Shown in pieces: positions 1-9,186 of a stretch of DNA of 64,000 nt (position 1 is the stretch's first letter; each line of letters begins with the position of its first letter). The DNA lies in the NCBI GenBank assembly GCA_002410925.1, contig DHPR01000019.1, forward strand, positions 1 to 64,000, written 5' to 3'. Origin of the DNA: a bacterium UBP13_UBA5359. GTDB lineage: Bacteria; UBP13; UBA5359. Position numbers and translations under genes: made by a program. Below the pieces are notes generated by a model, which had not been told where the DNA came from, made no database searches, and saw only the letters and a program-made list of their open reading frames with translations.

Positions 1-117
1 CTGCCGTGCCTTCTCTCTGGCCCTACCAAAAACAGGAAAAAGAATAGACGCCAGTATTGCAATAATAGCAATGACGACGAGCAATTCTATCAATGTAAAT
101 GCTCTCTTATTTTTCAT
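1..117 (-). CDS. Prepilin-type N-terminal cleavage/methylation protein (DUF1559-like), 5' part only; runs off window start
   Basis: Not in ORF track. Manual translation from ATG at 117 gives [39 protein letters not shown]. Purine-rich RBS upstream. Confidence 0.9.
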   Translation of the reverse strand, partial: MKNKRAFTLIELLVVIAIIAILASILFPVFGRAREKARQ

Positions 118-185
118 TCTTACTCTCTCCCTTCTCTTAATTTGTGCTTGTGAGCATCAGCACAATTGTTGCCCCTCGTTAGCAT

Positions 186-1460
186 CTAAAAACTTTGCTC
201 ACTATACTGCATACAAGAATCCCTCATCACTAATTCTACCTCCAGTTCCCTGGCTCCCTCTAAATCACCGGCATGCTCATCCCTTACTGCGACTATTCTC
301 TTCTCCAGTATCTCGCAGGCCAAACATCCCATCTCATATCGCGGTGTCTTTATAGTGGTCAGCGCCGGTACCAGAGAGGTTGCTATCGGCAGATCATTAT
401 AACCCACCACGGAGAGATCCTCCGGTATCTTCAAGCCGTTTTCTACTGCTGCCTGATAAACACCTATAGCAAACGAATCATCGGCCAGGATGATAGCCGT
501 GGGTCTGTCGTCGGTGCTCAAGAGTTGTCTGGCAAGCTTCAGCGCACTCTTACCTGAATAATCACACTCCGGCATCCAATCAGACCTCACTTCCAACCCA
601 TGCTCCTTCATTGCCTGGCGAAATGCCAGCACCGTCTGCAGCGCTGCATAATAACGGGAATATATTCCCCCTACGCAGGCTATCCTCTTATGCCCCAGGC
701 CGGCCAGATAGGATACCGTCTGTTTCATGCCGCTCTCATGGTNNNNNNNNNNNNNNNNNNNNNNNNNNNNNNNNNNNNNNNNNNNNNNNNNNNNNNNNNN
801 NNNNNNNNNNNNNNNNNNNNNNNNNNNNNNNNNNNNNNNNNNNNNNNNNNNNNNNNNNNNNNNNNNNNNNNNNNNNNNNNNNNNNNNNNNNNNNNNNNNN
901 NNNNNNNNNNNNNNNNNNNNNNNNNNNNNNNNNNNNNNNNNNNNNGCCAGAAGGTAAAAGAGCTCACGTTCCGCCAGTTCCTCTGAAACGATAAGTAGGC
1001 CGTGTAACTTCTTCTGCGAAATGATCCTGCGGCAGAAATCCCCTTCCCGCACTCCGGCTGTCCGCTCATCAAAAGGCACCACCACCACGTTGGCGGCATC
1101 CACATCCACTGCATCCGAGATGCCTCTGAGCAGATCAGGGAAGAACCATTGTGCTTCCAGTGCCGCCTTATATATCACGACACCGATATTTATGGGATCA
1201 ACCGTACGCTCGATATCCTTCTTGGCTACAAAGGTGCCTCTGCCCTGCTCTCTGATAAGATACCCTTCCTCCTCCAGTGCCTTCAGAGCCTGCCGGACCG
1301 TTTGCCGATTTATACCGTAAGCCTCTGCCAGCTTCCTCTCCGGCGGCAAGGCTGAACCGAATGGATATTTACCGCTACAGATATTCTGTTCCACAATCAA
1401 TCGAAAGCGGTGATATTTAGGTATAGGATCTTTGCCGAGCTCTTGTATCAAATTGACCAT
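186..1460 (-). CDS. GntR-HTH / LacI-type sugar-binding transcriptional regulator (AraR-like), spans assembly gap
   Basis: N-terminal LPPERKLAEAYGINRQTVRQAL..EQGRGTFV; C-terminal GHKRIA, IPEDLSVVGYND, PALTTI. True length uncertain because of the N-run. Confidence 0.9.
   Translation of the reverse strand: MVNLIQELGKDPIPKYHRFRLIVEQNICSGKYPFGSALPPERKLAEAYGINRQTVRQALKALEEEGYLIREQGRGTFVAKKDIERTVDPINIGVVIYKAALEAQWFFPDLLRGISDAVDVDAANVVVVPFDERTAGVREGDFCRRIISQKKLHGLLIVSEELAERELFYLLXXXXXXXXXXXXXXXXXXXXXXXXXXXXXXXXXXXXXXXXXXXXXXXXXXXXXXXXXXXXXXXXXXXXXHESGMKQTVSYLAGLGHKRIACVGGIYSRYYAALQTVLAFRQAMKEHGLEVRSDWMPECDYSGKSALKLARQLLSTDDRPTAIILADDSFAIGVYQAAVENGLKIPEDLSVVGYNDLPIATSLVPALTTIKTPRYEMGCLACEILEKRIVAVRDEHAGDLEGARELEVELVMRDSCMQYSEQSF
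743..945. other. Scaffold gap (203 N)
   Basis: Run of n characters. Confidence 1.
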
Positions 1461-1469
1461 CCTCGATTA

Positions 1470-1541
1470 TTTGGTATGCTTTTGCGAACCGTTATAAGTA
1501 TATTTCGGCACAAAATTTTATATCCCTCTTTTTTGGTATGC
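1470..1541 (-). promoter_or_regulatory. Putative promoter (AGAGGGATA-N11-GCCGAAA, 1503-1529) flanked by two TTTGGTATGC direct repeats (1470-1479, 1532-1541), candidate operators
   Basis: Repeats read directly. The promoter resembles the sigma-H-like elements at 27995 and 30051. Confidence 0.45.
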
Positions 1542-1793
1542 AAATGCAGACTTTTTTAAATATGAATACATGAAGCTGATCACATCGAAAATAAGCCCTT
1601 CAAAAACTGGAATTTCCATCTTTTACTACATATGAAATACGAAATATGAAAAAGGCCAAACACTTAATAGAGCTTCTCCGGGCATTGGCAAACAAAGCCA
1701 GCCGGTTTTACCTTGCCGGCAAAACAGTGATATCTATATTAGGGGAATTTACGCCGTGACGGGAGCCACCGCCATATCGAATATAACCGGCAG

Positions 1794-1970
1794 ATCAGAA
1801 AGAGGCGTAAAAAGCTGCCGCTGATTCAATAGGAACTGAGCAAAAAACTGCAGGTAAGCCAGCAGATTGTTTCACGTCTGGAGAGGAGTGAAAACAGTAT
1901 CAGCCTGCAATACCTGCAGCATATCGCCAAAGCGTTGGATACCAAGCTTGCGGTAAGCTTTAAGCAGGCC
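1794..1970 (+). pseudogene. XRE/HTH_3 helix-turn-helix remnant with in-frame TAG at 1830-1832
   Basis: Frame reads IRKRRKKLPLIQ*ELSKKLQVSQQIVSRLERSENSISLQYLQHIAKALDTKLAVSF. No start codon after the upstream TAG at 1740. Confidence 0.7.
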
Positions 1971-1994
1971 GGTATTCCGGCCTGCTGCTATCTC

Positions 1995-2786
1995 CTACCC
2001 GTTCTCCCGCTCCATCTGCCTGATGATATCCGACAGCCCCTCTATGCACTCCATAGCCATCTTTTTTCCAAATTCAGCACTGGCTCCATTGTAATCGCCC
2101 ATGACGCCTACCTCTATATCAGGATGCTGAGCCAGTCTGGGCACGACAAACCTGTTATCCGCTTTTTTATGCTTTACCAGAAAAGCATCCTGATCGGTTC
2201 GCATCATTTGGACTATCTCCGGTCTATCCAGGCAAGCCTCATCCATCCTGACCAGTTCGGGCTTCCAATAGAGCATCAGTGAAGTCTCGTAACGTCCGGC
2301 ATGAAAATCCTTCTCTTCGGTAGCTTTCAAATAGCTGGGCGATAGTTCCCAGAAGGGTACAACAGCTATAGCTGTGCCGGCCATACGTGGGTCCAGACGC
2401 TGCAAGTTTTCAGCTGCATCGGTTACGGCCCGGCCGGCTTCCGTGCCTCCGTGTCCCATGAGCAGAATTATATTCTTGAATCCCTGAATCGAAAGGCTAC
2501 GACAGATATCCATCAACGCCAGAGAGAAAACCTGAGGGCTAAGGTTGATAGTGCCGGGCAGAGTGCCGCCGGAAAAATTGTAATGCATCGGCGGGGCCAT
2601 AAAAGAGCCGGTCTCTTCAGAGACCCTGCGGCCTATCTCAACCGCATTATGGATATCCACACTCAGAGGCAGATGGTAACCGTGCTGTTCCACTACTCCG
2701 ATGGGCACAATAACGGTCTTCATCTCTTTAAGTCCTTCCCGAACATCTCGAACCGTCATATTGTACATTATTCTGGCCTTACCCAT
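1995..2786 (-). CDS. Creatininase/amidohydrolase family protein
   Basis: PIGVVEQHGYHLPLSVD, GHGG and HAGRYETS metal-ligand motifs; GGAGG RBS. Confidence 0.9.
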   Translation of the reverse strand: MGKARIMYNMTVRDVREGLKEMKTVIVPIGVVEQHGYHLPLSVDIHNAVEIGRRVSEETGSFMAPPMHYNFSGGTLPGTINLSPQVFSLALMDICRSLSIQGFKNIILLMGHGGTEAGRAVTDAAENLQRLDPRMAGTAIAVVPFWELSPSYLKATEEKDFHAGRYETSLMLYWKPELVRMDEACLDRPEIVQMMRTDQDAFLVKHKKADNRFVVPRLAQHPDIEVGVMGDYNGASAEFGKKMAMECIEGLSDIIRQMERENG

Positions 2787-2939
2787 TTAAATAATCCTCC
2801 CGGTTTTATATTATATATTCTGCGGTATACGTCGGAAATCCTCAGTCGCCTGCCCGGATGCCGCCGTGTCATTATCATATGTATGGCCGCATACCGTTGT
2901 AAATCCAGCCGCTTATCTCCCGTACCTGTCCATACCGGA

Positions 2940-4199
2940 TTATTCCCGACGAACCTTCTCAGCGGCATTACGAATGCCGGTAACGGTATCTTCTATCTCC
3001 CTATCGGTCAAGCGCGGATGCATCGGCAGATTCAACTCTCGCTTATAGAAAAACTTCTCTGCCAACGGACAGAGGCCGTCGCCGTAACCCATACGCTTCA
3101 AACCGGTAAAGTGATAGGTAGGCTGGTAATGCAGAATACCCTGTACGCCCTCTTCCTTGTAAAGCACTCTCATGAAGTCATCGCGGCTTGCTCCCAGCTC
3201 CTCCTCCTCCACACAGAGAGTATAGAGATGGTAAACATGGTAGCAATCGGGAGACTCATAGACAGGCGTGATTCCCTTGATTCCCTGAATGCCGTCATTG
3301 ATGCGACGTCCCAGTTCACGACGCTTCTCGTTGAGCATATCCAGCTTGCGTAACTGTGCCCGGCCCACGGCTGCCTGAATTTCATTCATGCGATAGTTGT
3401 TGCCCCAATAGCCCTTAACATCCACTACATCAAAGTGCGATGGTATCCAGTAATCAACCTGATCCTTCCAGTGATCCAGGTTCATGCAACGTAACTTCTC
3501 GATGGCATCGACAAAATCATCATTGCTAGTGGTTATCATGCCGCCCTCGCCGCAGGTGGTCATATTTTTAAGCGAGTGAAAGCTAAAGCAGCCTATATCG
3601 CCTATGCTGCCTGCCTTGCGTCCTTTATAGGCAGCCCCCGGAGTGTGGGCGCAATCCTCCAGCACATATAGATTATGCTTTCTGGCAATAGCCATGATGG
3701 GATCCATATCACACATCAAACCACCATAATGTACTACATATATAGCTTTAGTCTTGTTGGTGATCTTCTTCTCTATCTCTTTAGGATCGATATTATATGT
3801 CCTGGGATCGATATCGGCATATACCGGAATACCGCCCTCTTTGAGAATAACCAGAGAAGTAGCGATAAATGTGTTTGGAGTAACGATAACTTCATCTCCC
3901 GGCTTAATACCGAAAACCTGGGTAGCTACATGCATAGCCGTCGTACAGTTGGTCACGGCAAAGGCATGCTTGACACCATGCATAACGGCAAACTCTTTCT
4001 GGAAAGCCTGGACCTGCGGTCCCATGGTCAGTGTATCCTGACCCATCGCCTGCAAGGTCATATTCTTCTCATCTTCATCATAGATTGAGCCGAAGAAGGA
4101 ATAAGGCACTTTCAAATCAACACCATCATCCATGGTGTAACTGCTAGTGATACCTCCGTCGGTATCAGAACCGGTATATTTGTCTTTCTTATTGGACAT
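2940..4199 (-). CDS. DegT/DnrJ/EryC1/StrS family PLP aminotransferase
   Basis: GDEVIVTPNTF, VHYGG, EDCAH, FSFHSLKNMTTCGEGG (PLP Lys), NYRM. Confidence 0.95.
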   Translation of the reverse strand: MSNKKDKYTGSDTDGGITSSYTMDDGVDLKVPYSFFGSIYDEDEKNMTLQAMGQDTLTMGPQVQAFQKEFAVMHGVKHAFAVTNCTTAMHVATQVFGIKPGDEVIVTPNTFIATSLVILKEGGIPVYADIDPRTYNIDPKEIEKKITNKTKAIYVVHYGGLMCDMDPIMAIARKHNLYVLEDCAHTPGAAYKGRKAGSIGDIGCFSFHSLKNMTTCGEGGMITTSNDDFVDAIEKLRCMNLDHWKDQVDYWIPSHFDVVDVKGYWGNNYRMNEIQAAVGRAQLRKLDMLNEKRRELGRRINDGIQGIKGITPVYESPDCYHVYHLYTLCVEEEELGASRDDFMRVLYKEEGVQGILHYQPTYHFTGLKRMGYGDGLCPLAEKFFYKRELNLPMHPRLTDREIEDTVTGIRNAAEKVRRE

Positions 4200-4314
4200 A
4201 ACGCACCTCCAGAGATACTTGGCACAAAATGCACCTTAGTCTTATTCTATCCCTTACAGGTGCCTCAAGCTATGAAAAAATCCACGATTATTACAGATTA
4301 TCCCTTGAAATTTA

Positions 4315-5532
4315 TCAGGGCAACGGCAAGCTGATAACGGCTGTCACTCCCTGCCCTGCATTGAGCAGTTCCAGCCCCGGCAGATCCGGGTAATAGTAAT
4401 GTAAACGGCGATTAAGACCGGAAAGACCGGTCAGCTTGATTCCATCTCCCGAACCGTTGATAACACTCTTATCAACCATGACCTCAGCCGGCAAACCGGG
4501 ACCGTTATCCGCAACTCGCAACTCAACCTTATAATTGTCTACAGCGGCGGTGATGGAGATATGCAAGCTATCCGGGCAAGCAGGCAAAGCATGAACCAAA
4601 GAGTTCTCCACCAGCGGCTGAAGAATTAGAGCCGGAACCTGAAGCTTGCTCAGATCTTCCGGTATATCTATGGATATTTCCACTTTTCGCCCGAAACGGG
4701 CGCGAAAGATCTCTGCATAAGACCTGGCAGCCGCAGCCTCTTCGGCCAGGGTTATGGTGCCGCCTATATTGGCTAGAGAATGCCGCAATAGTATCGAGAG
4801 CTCCTCTATCAGGCGCCCGGTGGCGGAGGCATCCTCCAGCATAGCCTGTCCCGCAATAAGATTCAGAGCATTGAAAAGAAAATGCGGGTTCAACTGAGCC
4901 TGCACCAGCCTCAGTTCCACCTCTCGCAAATCACGCTCCAATCCGGCCTTTTCCTCAGCGGCCTGCCGCAGCTTGCGCTGTTTGCGAGTCAGTTCTCTCT
5001 CCTTACGCAGGGCTATCTGTCCTTCCACCAGGTGGTTACAGATTACACCCAACAGCCCCAAGGCTATTTCCAGACGACCGGCATCCACCACCGGCACTTT
5101 CAGATAGGCCGCCCACAGTTTATCCGGATCCAGGCCCAAATCACCTGTCCTGGCGATGAAATCCTGATAGCCTACGGAGGTGGGTGACGCCAGCAGAGAC
5201 TGGCCGCTAAAAAAACAACCTATTGATTTGCCGGCTACCACTACAGGCAGAACCACATCTATCAGACCGGCGTGACAGGTATAGGAGATAGGTTTGCCGC
5301 CATGCAGAGCTCTCTCCGCCGCTTGCTTATCCGAGAGCAGACAGCGCCGCCTTCCCTCCTGTGTACTCTGAATCATGTGGCAGATCTCACAACGTTCTTC
5401 CGCCGGTGAGAAAATGTTCTCGCCGGCATCACTGTAAAAAGAGATGGTCATACCCGTAGCTCGATAAAAAAGCCTGCCGGCCTCTTCAAAAGCAGGCAAA
5501 TTAACAATATCGCTCAGTTTTACCTTGCCCAT
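4315..5532 (-). CDS. Cytoplasmic sensor histidine kinase with PocR ligand-binding domain (LytS/YesM-type)
   Basis: PocR Cys pattern (CEIC..RCLLSD..YTCHAGL); QAQLNPHFLFNALN, LQPLVENS, DNGPG. No transmembrane segment seen. Confidence 0.9.
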   Translation of the reverse strand: MGKVKLSDIVNLPAFEEAGRLFYRATGMTISFYSDAGENIFSPAEERCEICHMIQSTQEGRRRCLLSDKQAAERALHGGKPISYTCHAGLIDVVLPVVVAGKSIGCFFSGQSLLASPTSVGYQDFIARTGDLGLDPDKLWAAYLKVPVVDAGRLEIALGLLGVICNHLVEGQIALRKERELTRKQRKLRQAAEEKAGLERDLREVELRLVQAQLNPHFLFNALNLIAGQAMLEDASATGRLIEELSILLRHSLANIGGTITLAEEAAAARSYAEIFRARFGRKVEISIDIPEDLSKLQVPALILQPLVENSLVHALPACPDSLHISITAAVDNYKVELRVADNGPGLPAEVMVDKSVINGSGDGIKLTGLSGLNRRLHYYYPDLPGLELLNAGQGVTAVISLPLP

Positions 5533-6353
5533 CGCTTTCCTGTTCCCCTGTATTCACCGGGCCTAGCACCAACCTCATCCAGAAAAGCCTGACTGAAGTA
5601 GTTAATATCTTCATAACCTACGGCAAAAGCTATCTCTGTAAGATTTAGCCTCTGATCTGCCAGAAGTTCTCTGGCTTTGGCTATGCGGACTGAGCGCAGG
5701 TAGGCTCTGAAAGTCATACCTGTTTCGGATTTGAAAAGCGATCCCAGATAACCGGAACTGAGATGAAAATGCTCAGCCATTAGATCCAGAGAGAGCTTCT
5801 CGGCGAAGTGCTCATCCACATAGTCGCGCACCTGCCTGACCAACAAAGCGGTGCGTCTCATCTTAGGCTCATCCCTTACTGTCAGAGCAGGAAGCACCTC
5901 TTTCAGGCTACGCCGCATACATTCTTTCTCCAGCTTCTCCAAGCGCTCTGCTTGAAGCCTATCCACCGCTCTTCCCAAAGCACTGAGCAACTCCTCCTGC
6001 CGTATAGGTTTGAGAAGATACTCCTCTGCACCCAAGCGAAGTGCTCGGCGAGCGTATTCAAAACGATCGTAAGCAGTAAGATAGATAAAGCAGGGCGTAT
6101 GATTGAGTTCATCTTTCAAACGCCCTGCCAAGTCCAGTCCATCCATATCTTCCATATGTATATCCAGCAGGCAGATATCCGGGCGCATTGTCCGGGCCAA
6201 CTGCAGCGCCTCCGCCCCGGACAGAGCGGTGGCGCATATATTGACGGGCAAACGAGATCGCTCCAGGATGCGGGCTACCATATCATGGACTATAGGTTCG
6301 TCATCGACGCTCATAAGGGTATAGAGATCGTTCTGCCTGCTGCCGTTTGCCAT
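5520..6353 (-). CDS. Response regulator with AraC-type HTH (YesN-like)
   Basis: VDDE, LLDIHM, LTAY, LLKP receiver domain; EIAFAVGYEDINYFS AraC domain. Confidence 0.93.
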   Translation of the reverse strand: MANGSRQNDLYTLMSVDDEPIVHDMVARILERSRLPVNICATALSGAEALQLARTMRPDICLLDIHMEDMDGLDLAGRLKDELNHTPCFIYLTAYDRFEYARRALRLGAEEYLLKPIRQEELLSALGRAVDRLQAERLEKLEKECMRRSLKEVLPALTVRDEPKMRRTALLVRQVRDYVDEHFAEKLSLDLMAEHFHLSSGYLGSLFKSETGMTFRAYLRSVRIAKARELLADQRLNLTEIAFAVGYEDINYFSQAFLDEVGARPGEYRGTGKRWAR

Positions 6354-6370
6354 AATGCAAGTTTTTATCC

Positions 6371-6595
6371 CTAGCTTTCCCGTTCCCTTGAGGTGTGAAT
6401 TGCGTCTAATATCTCTTGGCGCGAAATCTTTTTATGCAGACCGGATACATCAAAAGGAGAACGACAAACAGGAGTTTTAGGAACAACAATAAACAAATCT
6501 CCTTTACGTCGACGAATTACAACTTCTTCCCTTTTTGACTCTTCAAGTATATCAGCTAACTTTTCCCTTGCCTGAGAATAAGTATAAACTTTCAT
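6371..6595 (-). CDS. Phd/YefM-family antitoxin
   Basis: MKVYTYSQAREKLADILE..EEVVIRRRKG, typical Phd N-terminus; 74 aa. Confidence 0.85.
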   Translation of the reverse strand: MKVYTYSQAREKLADILEESKREEVVIRRRKGDLFIVVPKTPVCRSPFDVSGLHKKISRQEILDAIHTSRERES

Positions 6596-6598
6596 AAG

Positions 6599-6988
6599 CT
6601 ATTCCACCACCTTTATTCCAAGGTTTATTGCAACATCACACATACGGCCATCAAGACTGATAAGCGGCAATTCGTTTTCGATGCAACACCGCAAATAGTA
6701 AGCATCGTAGGTATATATATTAAAACGAACAGCAATTTTTACCGCGTCATACAGATTTACAGAAACCAATCTGACTGAGATTCGCTGAGAAATCTCCAGC
6801 GCCCGAAGAACTTCTCGATCACTGAGACGTCCCTTTCTTTTAACAGCGATTAACGCATTGCCGATCTCATAGGGCAAAACTTCGGGCGAAATGATGCGCT
6901 GCCCGACAGTTTTATTAACAACCCAATCACGGTCGTTTTCATTTAATACAACAGCAAGAAATGTGCTGGCATCTGCAACAAGTTCCAT
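6599..6988 (-). CDS. PIN-domain (VapC-like) toxin
   Basis: LVADAS, YEIGNA, YDAYY, LISLD acidic PIN tetrad; 129 aa. Confidence 0.9.
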   Translation of the reverse strand: MELVADASTFLAVVLNENDRDWVVNKTVGQRIISPEVLPYEIGNALIAVKRKGRLSDREVLRALEISQRISVRLVSVNLYDAVKIAVRFNIYTYDAYYLRCCIENELPLISLDGRMCDVAINLGIKVVE

Positions 6989-6993
6989 AATTC

Positions 6994-7023
6994 AGTTGTA
7001 CAACTAATTCCAGGAATTGTCAA
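6994..7023 (-). promoter_or_regulatory. sigma70 promoter TTGACA-N17-TACAAC with palindromic operator AGTTGTACAACT (6994-7005) over the -10
   Basis: Read directly. The -10 ends 6 nt upstream of the toxin ATG. Confidence 0.6.
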
Positions 7024-7065
7024 TATATCGTTGAAAACAAAGACATCTTATGTTAATCTGATTGA

Positions 7066-8010
7066 ATGCTTTTTAAGATACTTTTCGGCATGTTGATGCT
7101 CTCCCTGCCGACCATAGCCGGGTATGTCAGCCGCTCCAGAGGTCTTTTGCCGGAGACAACCGCCGTCAAAATCACCCGCTTTGCCGTCGTCTGGCTGGGC
7201 ACGCCTATTCTGATCCTGACTATGTGGCACCTGGAGTTGGCTGGCGGCAGGCTTTTCTGGCTGCCGGTGATAGGCATAGGGGTGGCGCTTATCAGCCTGG
7301 GTGCAGGACTGCTGATGGCCGGCAGATTCAGGCTGGAAAAGCGATCCCGCGGCAGTTTTGTCATCTCCTCCAGTATTTCCAACCTGGGAGAGACATTCGG
7401 CGGCCTGCTGGCCTTCATCCTTATGGGACAGCAGGGTTTCGGCCTGGCGACACTCTACGCTCTTTTCTTCCAGCCGTATACCTTCAGCGCCCTGTTCTGG
7501 ATAGCGGGCAGATACTCTTCCAGGAGCGAAGAAGGATTGATAAGCTACTTTCGACACAACCCCGACCTGTTGTTGCCGATGCTGGCCATCGCCGTCGGGT
7601 TGATCTTCAACTTGTCCGGTCTGCCGGAGATAGAGATCCTGGTAAAAGCCAACAGCGTCCTCATCCCGTTATCTTCGGCCGTCTGGCTTTACGCTATAGG
7701 CATGCGTCTTCACATCTCATCCATACACCGCTTTCGGAGGATCATCCCGGCCTATTTTATATTGAAGTTCATATTGAGCCCCGTTGTGGCCCTGCTCCTG
7801 GCCTGGGCCATCGGCATATGGAACTGGGAAATCCGCGAGCCGCTTCGGGTCATCTTTATAGAATCGATAACTCCGGCAGCGGTCTTCAGCATGGCTATCC
7901 CCATGATCTTCGATCTGGACGTGGATCTGGCCGGCGCGCTCTGGCTGACGTCGACAATTGTTGCCGTCGCATTAGTGCCTGTTATTATGCTGGTGGCGGC
8001 TATGTTGTAG
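7066..8010 (+). CDS. AEC (auxin efflux carrier/malate permease-like) family transporter
   Basis: About ten hydrophobic segments; SNLG, LKFILSP, TPAAV motifs. Confidence 0.8.
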   Translation: MLFKILFGMLMLSLPTIAGYVSRSRGLLPETTAVKITRFAVVWLGTPILILTMWHLELAGGRLFWLPVIGIGVALISLGAGLLMAGRFRLEKRSRGSFVISSSISNLGETFGGLLAFILMGQQGFGLATLYALFFQPYTFSALFWIAGRYSSRSEEGLISYFRHNPDLLLPMLAIAVGLIFNLSGLPEIEILVKANSVLIPLSSAVWLYAIGMRLHISSIHRFRRIIPAYFILKFILSPVVALLLAWAIGIWNWEIREPLRVIFIESITPAAVFSMAIPMIFDLDVDLAGALWLTSTIVAVALVPVIMLVAAML

Positions 8011-8086
8011 TGCCATCATCCCGTCTCCATATCGGATGAAGTGAATAAACAGGTGCCGACCCTACACAATCTGAATCTCCTGCAAA

Positions 8087-8118
8087 AAAACGGACGGGAA
8101 ATTTTTCCCGTCCGTTTT
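8087..8118. terminator. Bidirectional intrinsic terminator
   Basis: AAAACGGACGGGAAA-TT-TTTCCCGTCCGTTTT inverted repeat between convergent genes. Confidence 0.8.
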
Positions 8119-8154
8119 AACGATTTTCACACCCTTCTAGGAGCCCCGCTTGCC

Positions 8155-9024
8155 TCAGGCGCTATAACGTCTGAGATTCTCCAACCCTATCTCCAGCGCC
8201 TTGCGATTATCTTCCATACCTTCAAACTCTATGGAGAGGAAACCGTCATAGCCTGCTGCCTGCAAAGCTTTGATGCAACCGGCCGTATCAACGTTGCCAT
8301 GCCCGATAATAGAGCCGCGCAGCCAGTTTCCGCCACGGGAACGGAACCAGCCCTCTCCGGGATCGGCTATGCCGGGCTTAATATGGAAATCCTTGGCATG
8401 GGCGTGGATGGCATGAGGCGCCATGCGGCTTACAGCCCGCAAGGGATCGTCGTCGGCACAGAGAAAGTTGCCTATATCCACCAGCCAGCCGAAATTAGGA
8501 TGATTCACCTCATTAAACAACACGGCGCAACGATCGCTGTCCTGAATCAGAAAGCCGTGGTTCTCCACCATAGTTTTGATGCCCTTATCAGCAGCGTATT
8601 CGGTTATCGCCCGGCATCCCCCGGCCACATCAGGCAAAACTTCCAGAAACTCCGCCAGGTCTTTCTTACCATCCTTTATTCCCCCGGTGGCATCATGACG
8701 CATACACGGCACTCCCAGTATGGCGGCTATATCCACCTCGCCTTTGAGTCGCTCCACCTCGTCCTGCCAGCTGCCGCCCTGAGGTGGGTTGATAAAATCC
8801 GCACCGATGGTATAGCTGATTATCGGTAGCCCGGCTTCGGCACAGGCCTCCTTGACCCTGACTGCCAGGGCAGCGGTGTCCGTTTCTCCTTCCGGCAGCT
8901 TGAGCCCGGAGAACTCTATCCCGTCAAAGCCTAATTCCGCCGTAGCTTTGATGAGCCCGAAGATATCCATCTTGCTCTCATTAAGATAGCGCTGAAAACT
9001 ATAGGAACTAACACCGATTTCCAT
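8155..9024 (-). CDS. Sugar phosphate isomerase/epimerase (xylose isomerase-like TIM barrel)
   Basis: GFDGIE, VENH, DIGN, HAKD, GYDGFLSIEFE. Confidence 0.9.
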   Translation of the reverse strand: MEIGVSSYSFQRYLNESKMDIFGLIKATAELGFDGIEFSGLKLPEGETDTAALAVRVKEACAEAGLPIISYTIGADFINPPQGGSWQDEVERLKGEVDIAAILGVPCMRHDATGGIKDGKKDLAEFLEVLPDVAGGCRAITEYAADKGIKTMVENHGFLIQDSDRCAVLFNEVNHPNFGWLVDIGNFLCADDDPLRAVSRMAPHAIHAHAKDFHIKPGIADPGEGWFRSRGGNWLRGSIIGHGNVDTAGCIKALQAAGYDGFLSIEFEGMEDNRKALEIGLENLRRYSA

Positions 9025-9186
9025 GAAGAACCTCCCTTTTATATTAGCCTGAAATCTGAAGTAATTACGCTCCGGTAGATTTCTTTAGCTTTTTTATCCA
9101 GACCTACTTCTCAGGATTAATTAAAGCTATCAATTAAGCCTGAGCGTTCTCCTTTAGACTTCAAACTTTTACCTTCAGACTAGCAA

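Noticed and set aside
139-167. Inverted repeat TTGTGCT...AGCACAA between regulator and pilin gene
   Set aside because: Short and imperfect; I cannot distinguish operator, attenuator or chance.
743-945. Regulator appears about 50 aa longer than its paralogue
   Set aside because: The extra length falls in the N-gap, whose size is only an assembler estimate.
1830-1832. In-frame TAG as possible stop-codon recoding or pyrrolysine
   Set aside because: TAG terminates ordinary genes here (e.g. 8008-8010), no pyl genes are seen, and the ORF also lacks a start.
2451-3353. Long antisense or alternate-frame ORFs (also 7224-8039, 8041-8829, 22103-23044, 41469-42473, 49919-50860, 56022-56996)
   Set aside because: They overlap well-supported genes and have no motifs, so they are shadow ORFs.
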